From: a virus
Taxonomy: Duplodnaviria; Caudoviricetes
IMG/VR virus record: IMGVR_UViG_3300032234_001101
Span: 1-44,834 of that record
Strand: one strand, 5' to 3'
Length of the DNA stretch: 44,834 nt
The translations under genes and the position numbers were made by a program. The notes under the pieces were generated by a model. The model was not told the origin of the DNA. It saw only the letters and a list, made by a program, of their open reading frames with translations, and did not search any database. The first letter of the stretch is position 1; each line of letters starts with the position of its first letter. Below are positions 37,296-44,834 of this stretch, in pieces.

Positions 37296-38648
37296 ATGCC
37301 CGATACGGTGACGGTCAGCGAGACCCAGGGTGCAAGGTACACCTGGGCGTCGGCTGGCTTTACATGGTCGAGCGCCAGCGCCGGAAAGAACTGGACCACG
37401 GCCTATCCTGCTGTCTACAACGTAGCAGTGGCTGTGACGCTGGCCTTCGTTGAGGCTACCGGTAGGCAGTGGACCAAGCGATCGAGTGAAACGCTGGCCC
37501 TTGCAGAAAAGCTGGTCAAGCAATTGACCCTGCGCGAATCAGAAGCTATCGGGTTTGGGGAAACCTACTCAGACCTGATCGCCTATGTACTTCGTTGGGT
37601 AGAAACGATGTCCTTTGGCGAGGCTGTCGGGAAAGCCAGTCGCAAGGAGGTGCGGGAGTCCTTCCAGGCCTCCGACTACCTAACCCGAGTGCTTACAAAG
37701 ACCACTGCGGAGAGCCTGGCCTGGGGGGATGTGATTCGCAAAGGAGGCGTCAAGCGCCTGGCCGAAAGTCTGCCGATTTCTGAGGCGCCCCAACGCGGGG
37801 TCACCAAGAAAACCTTTGAAGCCTTTGGGCTGGGTGACGACTTGGATCGGCAGATGACCAAGCGCATCTCGGAGGCCGTCGCGTTTGCCGAGACCTATAC
37901 CGACCTGATCGCTTTCATCTTGCGCATCAGCGAAAGTCTGGTGGTTAGCGACCTGGGCGCCAAGCAGGTACGCAAACCCTTGTCTGAGGCCTTTGGTACA
38001 ACCGACAAGGCTGCAAGGCAGACGGTCAAGCGCGTCGCTGAGGCGATCGCGATAGGCGAGGCGCTGGGCCGCACGGTGGCCTACCGCCGAAATCTGGCTG
38101 AGGGCTTTGCGGTGTCTGATGCGCTGCGCAAAGCGGTAAGGCTGACTGCGCAGGAAGCATTGCTACTTGCCGAGCAGTACCGCAGACATGCCAACGGCGT
38201 GATCAGCGACATGATCGTTGGCAGTACGGAGATCACCGAACAGGACTTCGTTGCCATCGTCGAGGCCGGTCACCCGCCCGGGTACACCGACTTCCGGGAT
38301 TTCATTCAGGGCGACTACACCTACCGTCGCGCGCTATTCCGGGCCATCTTGAATTCGCGCAATTCTGACCGCGGCTATATCGACGGTCTGCGCGTCACCG
38401 TGGATGTGCCTGACATCTTCGATCGCAGCACCGCACAGATCACCGATGCGGTCGCGGGCGCGGTGATCAATTTCACCCGCAGCTTCCGCGTGCCACCAGA
38501 GGTGACCATGACCCATAAGGGGGGCACCGCCGTGGCCATCCCTCGGCTGCTCGGCGCAGTCACCACGACTGGCTTCACCGCCGTCCTCGAAAACAGTTCC
38601 GGCACGCGCGTGACCGGCTCCTTCACCTGGATTGCACAGGGGTACTAG
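37296..38648 (+). CDS. Putative tail fibre/shaft protein with 18-20-aa repeats (450 aa)
   Basis: About 13 repeats such as AESLAWGDVIRKGGVKRL. C-terminal FTRSFRVPPEV...VTTTGFT...WIAQGY is typical of fibre beta-domains. Confidence 0.7.
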   Translation: MPDTVTVSETQGARYTWASAGFTWSSASAGKNWTTAYPAVYNVAVAVTLAFVEATGRQWTKRSSETLALAEKLVKQLTLRESEAIGFGETYSDLIAYVLRWVETMSFGEAVGKASRKEVRESFQASDYLTRVLTKTTAESLAWGDVIRKGGVKRLAESLPISEAPQRGVTKKTFEAFGLGDDLDRQMTKRISEAVAFAETYTDLIAFILRISESLVVSDLGAKQVRKPLSEAFGTTDKAARQTVKRVAEAIAIGEALGRTVAYRRNLAEGFAVSDALRKAVRLTAQEALLLAEQYRRHANGVISDMIVGSTEITEQDFVAIVEAGHPPGYTDFRDFIQGDYTYRRALFRAILNSRNSDRGYIDGLRVTVDVPDIFDRSTAQITDAVAGAVINFTRSFRVPPEVTMTHKGGTAVAIPRLLGAVTTTGFTAVLENSSGTRVTGSFTWIAQGY

Positions 38649-39707
38649 ATGCAGAACTTCACCGACATACCGTCGTCCAGAACGCTGTCGGATTCTCTGA
38701 TCGAGATTCTGAACAACGATAAGACGGCCATTTCGTGCAACAGCGGCACCACCTTCCCGACGACCAACCTTCAGATCGGGATGCTGTGCTACCGCACGGA
38801 CCAGTTGAAGCTCTACCAGTTGATCGGTACGAATCCCGACAACTGGCGTTTCATCATGGATTTGGCGAGCGGCATCGATACGCAGTTCGCCGCCAAGCTC
38901 AATGCCGCGAGCTACACGGCGGCTGATGTCCTGGCGAAGCTGCTGACTGTGGATGGTGCAGGTACTGGACTGGATGCCGACCTGCTCGATGGCCAACATG
39001 CGAGCGCATTTGCCTCTAGCACGCACAACCACAACGCTGCCTATCTCGGCATCACCGCCAAGGCCGCCGACTCCGACAAGCTCGATGGCTATGACTCCAC
39101 AGCCTTTGTGAGGTCGGTAAATGGTAATACCCCTGATGCCAACGGGAACGCAACCGTTGACTTGTCAAATCGCCTGGTGAAGACAGGCGACACCATGACT
39201 GGCAATCTCTACATGGGAAGTGGGTCCTTAGTCTATTCCAGCCAGTCCGGCTCGGCCGATAACGCCCGCAATACCGGTTATCGGATGAGCGATGGCCAAG
39301 ACATTGGCGAGATGGGGCGCAGCAACCAGTACTACGACGACCTTGCCAGCAATTGCAATGGTGTGTTGCCCACCGGAAATTGTTCAGGTAATGCCAACTG
39401 GACGCTTCCAAATCTGAACTGGTGGACCTGGGGTCTGGGATTCAACTACTGCGCCAACATGGGTCAGTACGACGGCGCTGGTGGGACCAGCTACGGCAAC
39501 TACGCCATCCCCAACTCTGGATACAACTACGACGGTTACTACCTCGCGCAAGACGAGATCGGAGGCGGCGAGTACCACCGTTGGTACCGTGCGTGCAACT
39601 GCAACTGCAATTGCGGGGGGTACAGCAACTGCAACTGCGGGACCACGGCCTTCAACTGCCGAACCAACTGCAATTGCAATTGCAACTGCGCCTGCTGTGG
39701 CTGGTGA
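38649..39707 (+). CDS. Tail fibre-like protein with Cys/Asn-repeat C-terminus (352 aa)
   Basis: Fibre motifs GLDADLLDGQHASAF, ADSDKLDGYDSTAF, VRSVNGNTPDANGN, KTGDTMTGNL. Ends CNCNCNCGGYSNCNCGTTAFNCRTNCNCNCNCACCGW. Confidence 0.8.
   Translation: MQNFTDIPSSRTLSDSLIEILNNDKTAISCNSGTTFPTTNLQIGMLCYRTDQLKLYQLIGTNPDNWRFIMDLASGIDTQFAAKLNAASYTAADVLAKLLTVDGAGTGLDADLLDGQHASAFASSTHNHNAAYLGITAKAADSDKLDGYDSTAFVRSVNGNTPDANGNATVDLSNRLVKTGDTMTGNLYMGSGSLVYSSQSGSADNARNTGYRMSDGQDIGEMGRSNQYYDDLASNCNGVLPTGNCSGNANWTLPNLNWWTWGLGFNYCANMGQYDGAGGTSYGNYAIPNSGYNYDGYYLAQDEIGGGEYHRWYRACNCNCNCGGYSNCNCGTTAFNCRTNCNCNCNCACCGW
39594..39704 (+). repeat. In-frame TGCAAY hexamer repeats encoding (Cys-Asn)n
   Basis: Directly visible: tgcaactgcaactgcaattgc and aactgcaattgcaattgcaactgc. 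Confidence 0.95.
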
Positions 39708-39721
39708 TGGAGGGGGACCGC

Positions 39722-40534
39722 ATGAAGATTTACATCAGCCGATCGCGCTTTATGAGCCAGGCCCAGGCCTATGCCATCAAGCTTTACATCGATGCAAAGA
39801 AGCAGGAAGTGCAGGCCGTCATCGGCACCCAGTTGCGCCGGGTTGAAGATCAGCCAGCGGCGTTCAGCGTCGATGGTGTCGACTACTTTGATATCTCGAG
39901 CATGGTGATCCGGGTGTCCGAGTTGCGCGCAAGTCGCAACTGGTCCGACAGGCAGGTCTTTAGCTGCGCCTATGACTGGAAGCTGGGTCGATGGCTTGCG
40001 CCCTTTCCCCAATACGTCTACTCCCGCCCATTTCGGTTCACAGCCTATGAGATGAACCAGATGTTCAAGGTCGGTCAGGAGAATTCTCTGATCGCGCTCA
40101 ATGTGCCATTCGCCGATAGCACCTTCGACGATTGCTTTTTGACTGTGAACCTGCATCCCACCCTGGGTGGGATCGTCGTCGAGGGCGACGCCTCAGACAT
40201 TCTGAATCTGGGCTACGACACCCACGACGAGACCCGGCAGATGGTGTTTCCCTCGGTGCACGTGAGTGCGCCCCTGGTTGCCCAGGTGGGCCAGCCCCTT
40301 ACCTTTTCGCTGCAGGTGGTCGACGGTGCAGGCCATCCCCTGCCGCATGACGCCGAGATCCATTTGGAAGTTGTCAATGGTTACTGCCCCAAGCCGCGGG
40401 TTCACACCCACCAGGGGGCGGCCCAGGCGGTGGTGTTGCCCCTGGGGCTGGAGGCGGGTGACGTCGTGCGGCTCAAGGCAGGCTTCAAGTTCTTCCCTGC
40501 GCTGGGTGAGGCGCAGGTGACGCTCACGCAGTAG
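39722..40534 (+). CDS. Hypothetical protein with probable C-terminal Ig-like domain (270 aa)
   Basis: GGAGG RBS before ATG 39722 (alternative start 39707). C-terminal GQPLTFSLQVVDGAGHPL beta-sandwich pattern. Confidence 0.7.
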   Translation: MKIYISRSRFMSQAQAYAIKLYIDAKKQEVQAVIGTQLRRVEDQPAAFSVDGVDYFDISSMVIRVSELRASRNWSDRQVFSCAYDWKLGRWLAPFPQYVYSRPFRFTAYEMNQMFKVGQENSLIALNVPFADSTFDDCFLTVNLHPTLGGIVVEGDASDILNLGYDTHDETRQMVFPSVHVSAPLVAQVGQPLTFSLQVVDGAGHPLPHDAEIHLEVVNGYCPKPRVHTHQGAAQAVVLPLGLEAGDVVRLKAGFKFFPALGEAQVTLTQ

Positions 40535-40543
40535 GGGGGCGGC

Positions 40544-41122
40544 ATGGAGGTCCATGACAACCTTTTTGATCCGCAGGAGTTGGAGCGTCTACGCGCCTGG
40601 CTTCTGGGGCAGTCCCTGATCTACGGTTGGCGCGCGCACAACCAGGCGCCGGGGTCGTTCTGGCATCGTAATTTCGTGTTGCCAGGTTCTCGACCGCACC
40701 ACTACGACCAGAAGGCCTGGCATCCGGAGATGACCTTCGAGCGCCTGCTTGCCGAGGAGTCGCCGCTCTCGCAGATCGCCCAGAAGGTTCAGGCGCGGTT
40801 CTTCGGCAACGCCGAGATCACCCGGGTCTGGATGAATGTGCAGGCCTTTGGCGACGAGTCGGCCTTCCACCGAGACTTCCCCGTGGATTTCGCTGCGACG
40901 GCCCGCTCGGTGATTCTCTACCCCGTCCCCCGATGGGAGCGGGACTGGGGCGGCGACTTCGTGGTTTTGGGGGATGACGGGGAGATCAAGGGCGCCGCCC
41001 TGGTCAAACCCGGGCGGGTGGTTGCCATCCCCGGTTGCTCACTGCATGCGGTTCGGCCCATCTCCCGCTACTGCAATGAATTGCGCTTGGCGCTGGTCTT
41101 TGGATCCGAGGAGGTCACATGA
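40544..41122 (+). CDS. 2OG-Fe(II) oxygenase, prolyl-hydroxylase-like (192 aa)
   Basis: HxD (FHRD), WERDWGG, KPGRVV, distal His (LHAVRP), 2OG-binding Arg (RLALVF). Confidence 0.88.
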   Translation: MEVHDNLFDPQELERLRAWLLGQSLIYGWRAHNQAPGSFWHRNFVLPGSRPHHYDQKAWHPEMTFERLLAEESPLSQIAQKVQARFFGNAEITRVWMNVQAFGDESAFHRDFPVDFAATARSVILYPVPRWERDWGGDFVVLGDDGEIKGAALVKPGRVVAIPGCSLHAVRPISRYCNELRLALVFGSEEVT

Positions 41123-41871
41123 TCGAAATGTTCTGGCCCACTCCTGTGCTGCGAGACGAGTCCCCTTGGACTGCCGCCGAGTTAGCCGCCCTGCGGGATT
41201 TCGCGGCCGAGCGCTTTGCCCACCACAAAGCCTACCCGCAGGAGCATGGCCTGCCCGAAGTGGATACGCGGCTGCGGTTTCAACACAATCTCTTTCACCC
41301 CCGGCATGAGGAACTGGCTCCCGAGGTCTGGGGGCGGTTCAAGTTCTGGGTAGACGATCTGTACCGCGGCTATCTGCGCGAGGCTTATGGCGTGCGCAAT
41401 GCGAACGACTTGCATATCCAAGCGCGCTGTACCCCGGCACTCAATGAGCCGGGGATGCGGGCTCAGCCTCACTACCACCACACCTGCGACCATGTCCTTT
41501 GCCTTTACCTCGATTGCGGGTATGGGCGCAGTCCCCCTTCCCAGAGGGACTGGGCTGTCGGTGACGGCGAACTGATCTTGCAGGATCCCCGCCCTATGGC
41601 GGGGTTTCCTTTTTGGGAAAAGGTTCGCTACATCGAGACCCGGCCAGGCCTGGTCGTGCTGCACCCCTCACGAGTCTGGCACGAGACCAACCCCTTTAAT
41701 GCTCAGGGCAACCGCGTCCTGCTGGTGGTGACCCTGCGGGTCGCCTCCCACAACTACTGCGAGCTCTACACGGAGCTGGGAAGCCCTGGGCGCCTGAATC
41801 GGCAGCTTGATCCGCAGCCTGATTCCCAATTCGACCCACGTCCAACCTTGAATTCGACGGAGAGACCATGA
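41119..41871 (+). CDS. Putative 2OG-Fe(II) oxygenase, TIGR02466-like (250 aa)
   Basis: MFWPTPV start, PHYH, LYL, GELILQDPRP, PGLVVLHPSRVWHETNP, NRVLLV. Confidence 0.82.
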   Translation: MIEMFWPTPVLRDESPWTAAELAALRDFAAERFAHHKAYPQEHGLPEVDTRLRFQHNLFHPRHEELAPEVWGRFKFWVDDLYRGYLREAYGVRNANDLHIQARCTPALNEPGMRAQPHYHHTCDHVLCLYLDCGYGRSPPSQRDWAVGDGELILQDPRPMAGFPFWEKVRYIETRPGLVVLHPSRVWHETNPFNAQGNRVLLVVTLRVASHNYCELYTELGSPGRLNRQLDPQPDSQFDPRPTLNSTERP

Positions 41872-42101
41872 CTGCGACTTCCCATTCCTCGAACCCGATC
41901 GGCCTGAACACCCGCGCGGGCTATAGAGCCAAGGCCGCGCGCCTGAGCAACACCCAGGTGCAGATGGTGGTGGATGTTGAGCCACTGAATGGAAATCCTG
42001 GCTCGCGCCATACCTTCAATTTGACGATGCTGCCCGGTCAGGATGTGGCTGAGCTTTGTCGTACCGCCTATCCCATTGCATTTGAAGGAGGTGAGCTTTG
42101 A
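41868..42101 (+). CDS. Small hypothetical protein (77 aa)
   Basis: GGAGAG RBS and 4-bp overlaps with both neighbours. Confidence 0.7.
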   Translation: MTATSHSSNPIGLNTRAGYRAKAARLSNTQVQMVVDVEPLNGNPGSRHTFNLTMLPGQDVAELCRTAYPIAFEGGEL

Positions 42102-43546
42102 AATTCACACTCACTCTTAACGGTCAGCGCGGATTCCAGCGACAAGCCATTTATGACCCAGAAGATTCCAGCCTGATTTGGGCCGACAGCGGGGAACCGT
42201 TACCTCTGCCGCAGGCGTTTCCCCGGCAAGAATTGGATTGGGAGCCGTTCTGGCACCTCCATCATCCATCTAACCCTGCTGGCAAGTCCCGAGACATCAA
42301 ACACTTGAAGCTCCAACTTGGACTCAAGTGCAATTACGCCTGCCAATATTGCTCGCAGGCCCATCAGCCGCATGACCTCGACGGGCACCCCGATGATGTC
42401 CTGCCTTTCATGGAGCAACTCCAGGGGTGGTTTGCCGGAGGAGCCGACGGCCAAGGGAGTGGCGTCAAGATCGAATTCTGGGGTGGCGAGCCATTCGTTT
42501 ACTGGAAGCTGTTGCGTCCTCTGGGGGAGGCAGTCAAAGCCCGGTATCCACATGCGCAACTTTCCATTGTGACCAATGGCTCGCTCTTTGACGACGAAAA
42601 GCTTGCCTGGGTTGAGGCGCTGGACATTGGGATCGGTCTTTCTCACGATGGCCCTGCTCAATCGTTCCGTGGCCCTGATCCGTTGGACGATCCTGAGCGA
42701 CTGGCACACATCAAACGCTGGGTTTCACGCCGTATGCCGATCGACAGGATGAGTTTCAACACGGTTTTGCATCGCCATAACCAGTCACTCAAAGCGGTAC
42801 GGAAGTTCTTCTCCGACAAGCTTGACTTGCCGGTTCAGGCCGTTGTGCTGGCCACGGAAGAGGTGATGCTCCCCTATGACACCTCAGGTCAGGCTCTTTC
42901 TCTTCAAGGTGCCGACCATGTTCGGTATCTGCACCAGCTCTTTTGGGAGTTGGCTACGGGTTCAGCTATGGCGGTGGGAACGCTGCGCGACAAGGTCGAT
43001 GAGTTTTTGCGTTCTCAGGGGCAACGCCGTCCGTTGGCTGCGCTGGGCCAAAAGTGTGGCATGGACCGCTCAGACTCGATTGCGGTAGACATGAAGGGCA
43101 ACGTCACGACCTGCCAAAACATGAGCGCCTCCACTGAACACAAAATCGGGCAGGTGGATTCATTCGACGAAATCAGCCTGGATACGGCTTACCACTTCAG
43201 TACGCGAAGCGAATGTCCTCGATGCCCGGTGGTGCAACTGTGCAAGGGGGCATGCCTATTTTTGGAGGGTGACTTCTGGAGCGGGGCCTGCGACAACTCG
43301 TTTACGCACAACCTGGCCGTACTCTCTGCGGCTCTTTACTATCAGACGCAGGGACTAGTCCTCACAAGGGTTGAGGCACCGGCGATTCGTGCCGAAGGCA
43401 TCACCGGGGTAGATGTCATCAATCTTGGGTTTGTGGAGCGTGGCGGGGACTTTTCTGCTCTCAGTGAAGCAGTAATGCCAACCATCTATCAGCCGTCGGC
43501 TCTTCAAGAGCGAAAGCCTTTCCCTATCGCCGTTGTCGCCGGATAA
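42098..43546 (+). CDS. Radical SAM enzyme with SPASM domain (482 aa)
   Basis: CNYACQYC (CX3CX2C), FWGGEP, VTNG, LSHDG. SPASM cysteines KCG...TTCQ...CPRCPVVQLCKGAC...C. AAGGAGG RBS, TTG start. Confidence 0.95.
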   Translation: MKFTLTLNGQRGFQRQAIYDPEDSSLIWADSGEPLPLPQAFPRQELDWEPFWHLHHPSNPAGKSRDIKHLKLQLGLKCNYACQYCSQAHQPHDLDGHPDDVLPFMEQLQGWFAGGADGQGSGVKIEFWGGEPFVYWKLLRPLGEAVKARYPHAQLSIVTNGSLFDDEKLAWVEALDIGIGLSHDGPAQSFRGPDPLDDPERLAHIKRWVSRRMPIDRMSFNTVLHRHNQSLKAVRKFFSDKLDLPVQAVVLATEEVMLPYDTSGQALSLQGADHVRYLHQLFWELATGSAMAVGTLRDKVDEFLRSQGQRRPLAALGQKCGMDRSDSIAVDMKGNVTTCQNMSASTEHKIGQVDSFDEISLDTAYHFSTRSECPRCPVVQLCKGACLFLEGDFWSGACDNSFTHNLAVLSAALYYQTQGLVLTRVEAPAIRAEGITGVDVINLGFVERGGDFSALSEAVMPTIYQPSALQERKPFPIAVVAG

Positions 43547-43573
43547 GCGGCGCCTCGTTCAATCTGTACCGTC

Positions 43574-43605
43574 GCCCGCCTGGCTCACGCCAGAGTGGGC
43601 TTTTT
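43574..43605 (+). terminator. Terminator-like hairpin closing the fibre/rSAM cassette
   Basis: GCCCGCCTGGC-TCAC-GCCAGAGTGGGC followed by TTTTT. Confidence 0.65.
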
Positions 43606-43621
43606 CTATTTGGAGAAGACC

Positions 43622-43912
43622 ATGACCGATGACACCCAGAACCCCTCGGTCCTCAGCATGCGCCAGGAGGACCTTGACGAGCTATTGACTCGTGCAGCCG
43701 AACGTGGAGCTGAGCGATGTCTCGCGCACCTTGGTCTCGAAAACGGGAGCGCAGCGCGGGATATCAGGGAGCTTCGCGATCTTCTCGAGGCGTGGAGGGA
43801 TGCCCGTCGCACTGCTTGGCGGACCACGATCAAGGTAGTGACCACTGCAATCCTGGCTATGTTGCTTGTAGGCGCTGCCATCAAGCTCAAGTTGATGGGA
43901 GGTGCCCAATGA
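43622..43912 (+). CDS. DUF6127-like membrane protein (lysis module, 96 aa)
   Basis: AAERGAERCLAHLGL...DIRELRDLLEAWR and one C-terminal TM helix. GGAG RBS. Confidence 0.7.
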   Translation: MTDDTQNPSVLSMRQEDLDELLTRAAERGAERCLAHLGLENGSAARDIRELRDLLEAWRDARRTAWRTTIKVVTTAILAMLLVGAAIKLKLMGGAQ

Positions 43913-44385
43913 TCGAGACATTGCTAGGTGGCTTCCTTGGCGGAGCCTTCCGACTGGCTCCTGAAATTCTGAAGTGGCTTGACCGCAAGGGAGAGCGTGG
44001 TCACGAACTTGCCATGCAGGACAAGGCGCTTGAGTTCGAGAAATTGCGTGGCGCCCAGCGCATGGCCGAGATCGGCGCGGCGGCCGATGCGGCCTGGAAC
44101 ATCGGTGCTATCGATGCTTTGAAGGAAGCGGTGGCAGCCCAAGGGCACCAGTCAGGTGTCAGGTGGGTTGATGCGCTCTCCGCCAGCGTGCGTCCAGTGA
44201 TCACCTATTGGTTCATGGGCTTGTACTGCTCGGCCAAGACCGCGGCCTTTGCCGCCGCCGTGACCGCTGGCGCAGGCTGGGGCGAGGCCATCCTGCATGC
44301 ATGGACAGAGGCCGATCAGGCGCTATGGGCCGGGGTTCTCAACTTCTGGTTCCTAGGACGCGTCTTTGATCGGGTACGGTCATGA
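43909..44385 (+). CDS. Putative holin-like membrane protein (158 aa)
   Basis: Hydrophobic N-terminus, SASVRPVITY, FWFLGR. Directly before the lysozyme. Confidence 0.6.
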   Translation: MIETLLGGFLGGAFRLAPEILKWLDRKGERGHELAMQDKALEFEKLRGAQRMAEIGAAADAAWNIGAIDALKEAVAAQGHQSGVRWVDALSASVRPVITYWFMGLYCSAKTAAFAAAVTAGAGWGEAILHAWTEADQALWAGVLNFWFLGRVFDRVRS

Positions 44386-44834
44386 CTGCGGTTCCTCAGG
44401 TGGCAATCGACCTCGCCAAGCGATTCGAGGGCTTTTGCCGCGTGCCGAAGAATGATCCTAGGGCACATCCCTACATTTGTCCGGCCGGATTCTGGACGAT
44501 TGGGTACGGCCACCTGTGTGAACAATCGCATCCACCAATAACCGCGGTTGAGGGCGAAGCCTACCTGGCGCAAGACATGCAAGTCGCTCTGAACGCAACC
44601 CTACGTCACTGCCCTGTGTTGGCGACGGAGACCGCTGGTCGTTTGGGCGCAATCGTCGACTTCACGTTTAATCTTGGTGTCGGTCGGTTGCAGACGTCTA
44701 CTCTCAGGCGTCGGATCAATCAGCGCGACTGGCCAGGCGTGGTCTTCGAATTGAAGCGGTGGGTGTACGGTGGCGGGAGGGTGCTACCGGGGCTGGTTGC
44801 GCGGCGGGAGGCTGAATGCAGGCTCATCCTGTGA
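44382..44834 (+). CDS. Endolysin, GH24 lysozyme (150 aa)
   Basis: FEG...YICPAGFWTIGYGH, FTFNLG, STLRRRIN, WVYGGGRVLPGLVARREAE. Confidence 0.93.
   Translation: MTAVPQVAIDLAKRFEGFCRVPKNDPRAHPYICPAGFWTIGYGHLCEQSHPPITAVEGEAYLAQDMQVALNATLRHCPVLATETAGRLGAIVDFTFNLGVGRLQTSTLRRRINQRDWPGVVFELKRWVYGGGRVLPGLVARREAECRLIL

Larger units (their letters stand above)
1..44834. mobile_element. Temperate siphovirus-type prophage (serine recombinase, HK97-like head, lambda-like non-contractile tail)
   Basis: Full module order: integration, regulation, replication, packaging, head, tail, lysis. No host housekeeping genes. att sites are not inside the window. Confidence 0.95.

Noticed and set aside
39330-39707. 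Diversity-generating retroelement acting on the AAC-rich fibre C-terminus
   Set aside because: There is no reverse transcriptase in the window and I see no second near-identical copy (TR/VR pair). The Asn codons alternate with Cys as a protein motif.
39422-39721. Gln-Leu-repeat N-terminus of the 370-aa ORF call
   Set aside because: This is an alternative-frame reading of the TGCAAC repeat. The RBS supports a start at 39722.
40544-43546. DNA base hypermodification or 7-deazaguanine pathway
   Set aside because: The rSAM has SPASM cysteines unlike QueE, there are no queC/queD/folE/dpdA or glycosyltransferase genes, and the cassette sits in the tail operon. Not formally excluded.
42098-43546. 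Anaerobic sulfatase maturase or PqqE
   Set aside because: No sulfatase or pqq genes are nearby. The only evident substrate candidate is the adjacent Cys-rich fibre.
1-44834. attL/attR sites, tRNA genes, IS elements
   Set aside because: None recognised. The window ends at gene stops, and serine-integrase att sites share too little identity to call by eye.

Overview
The whole window reads as one apparently intact, GC-rich temperate siphophage (prophage), cut at the stop codons of its first and last genes, so the att sites are not visible. A betaproteobacterial host is likely, but that is inference. Modules, left to right: (1) leftward large serine recombinase/DUF2924-type integration operon; (2) RecA-cleavable LexA/S24-type repressor with two co-transcribed unknown genes; (3) excisionase-like HTH plus recombination/replication genes, with an iteron cluster; (4) late regulator and ParB-methyltransferase; (5) antisense DUF3489/DUF6900-type cluster; (6) HNH-cos-terminase with an antisense moron; (7) HK97-type head; (8) lambda-like tail with a G/GT frameshift; (9) lysis genes. 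The standout is 38.6-43.5 kb. A tail-fibre-like protein ends in a (Cys-Asn)n tail with 13 Cys and 10 Asn in its last 37 residues. It is followed in the same operon by an unknown Ig-like protein, two different 2OG-Fe(II) oxygenases, a 77-aa protein and a radical SAM/SPASM enzyme. This looks like a RiPP-type maturation cassette whose precursor is a virion fibre. All family names come from motif recognition and gene order, not from database searches.
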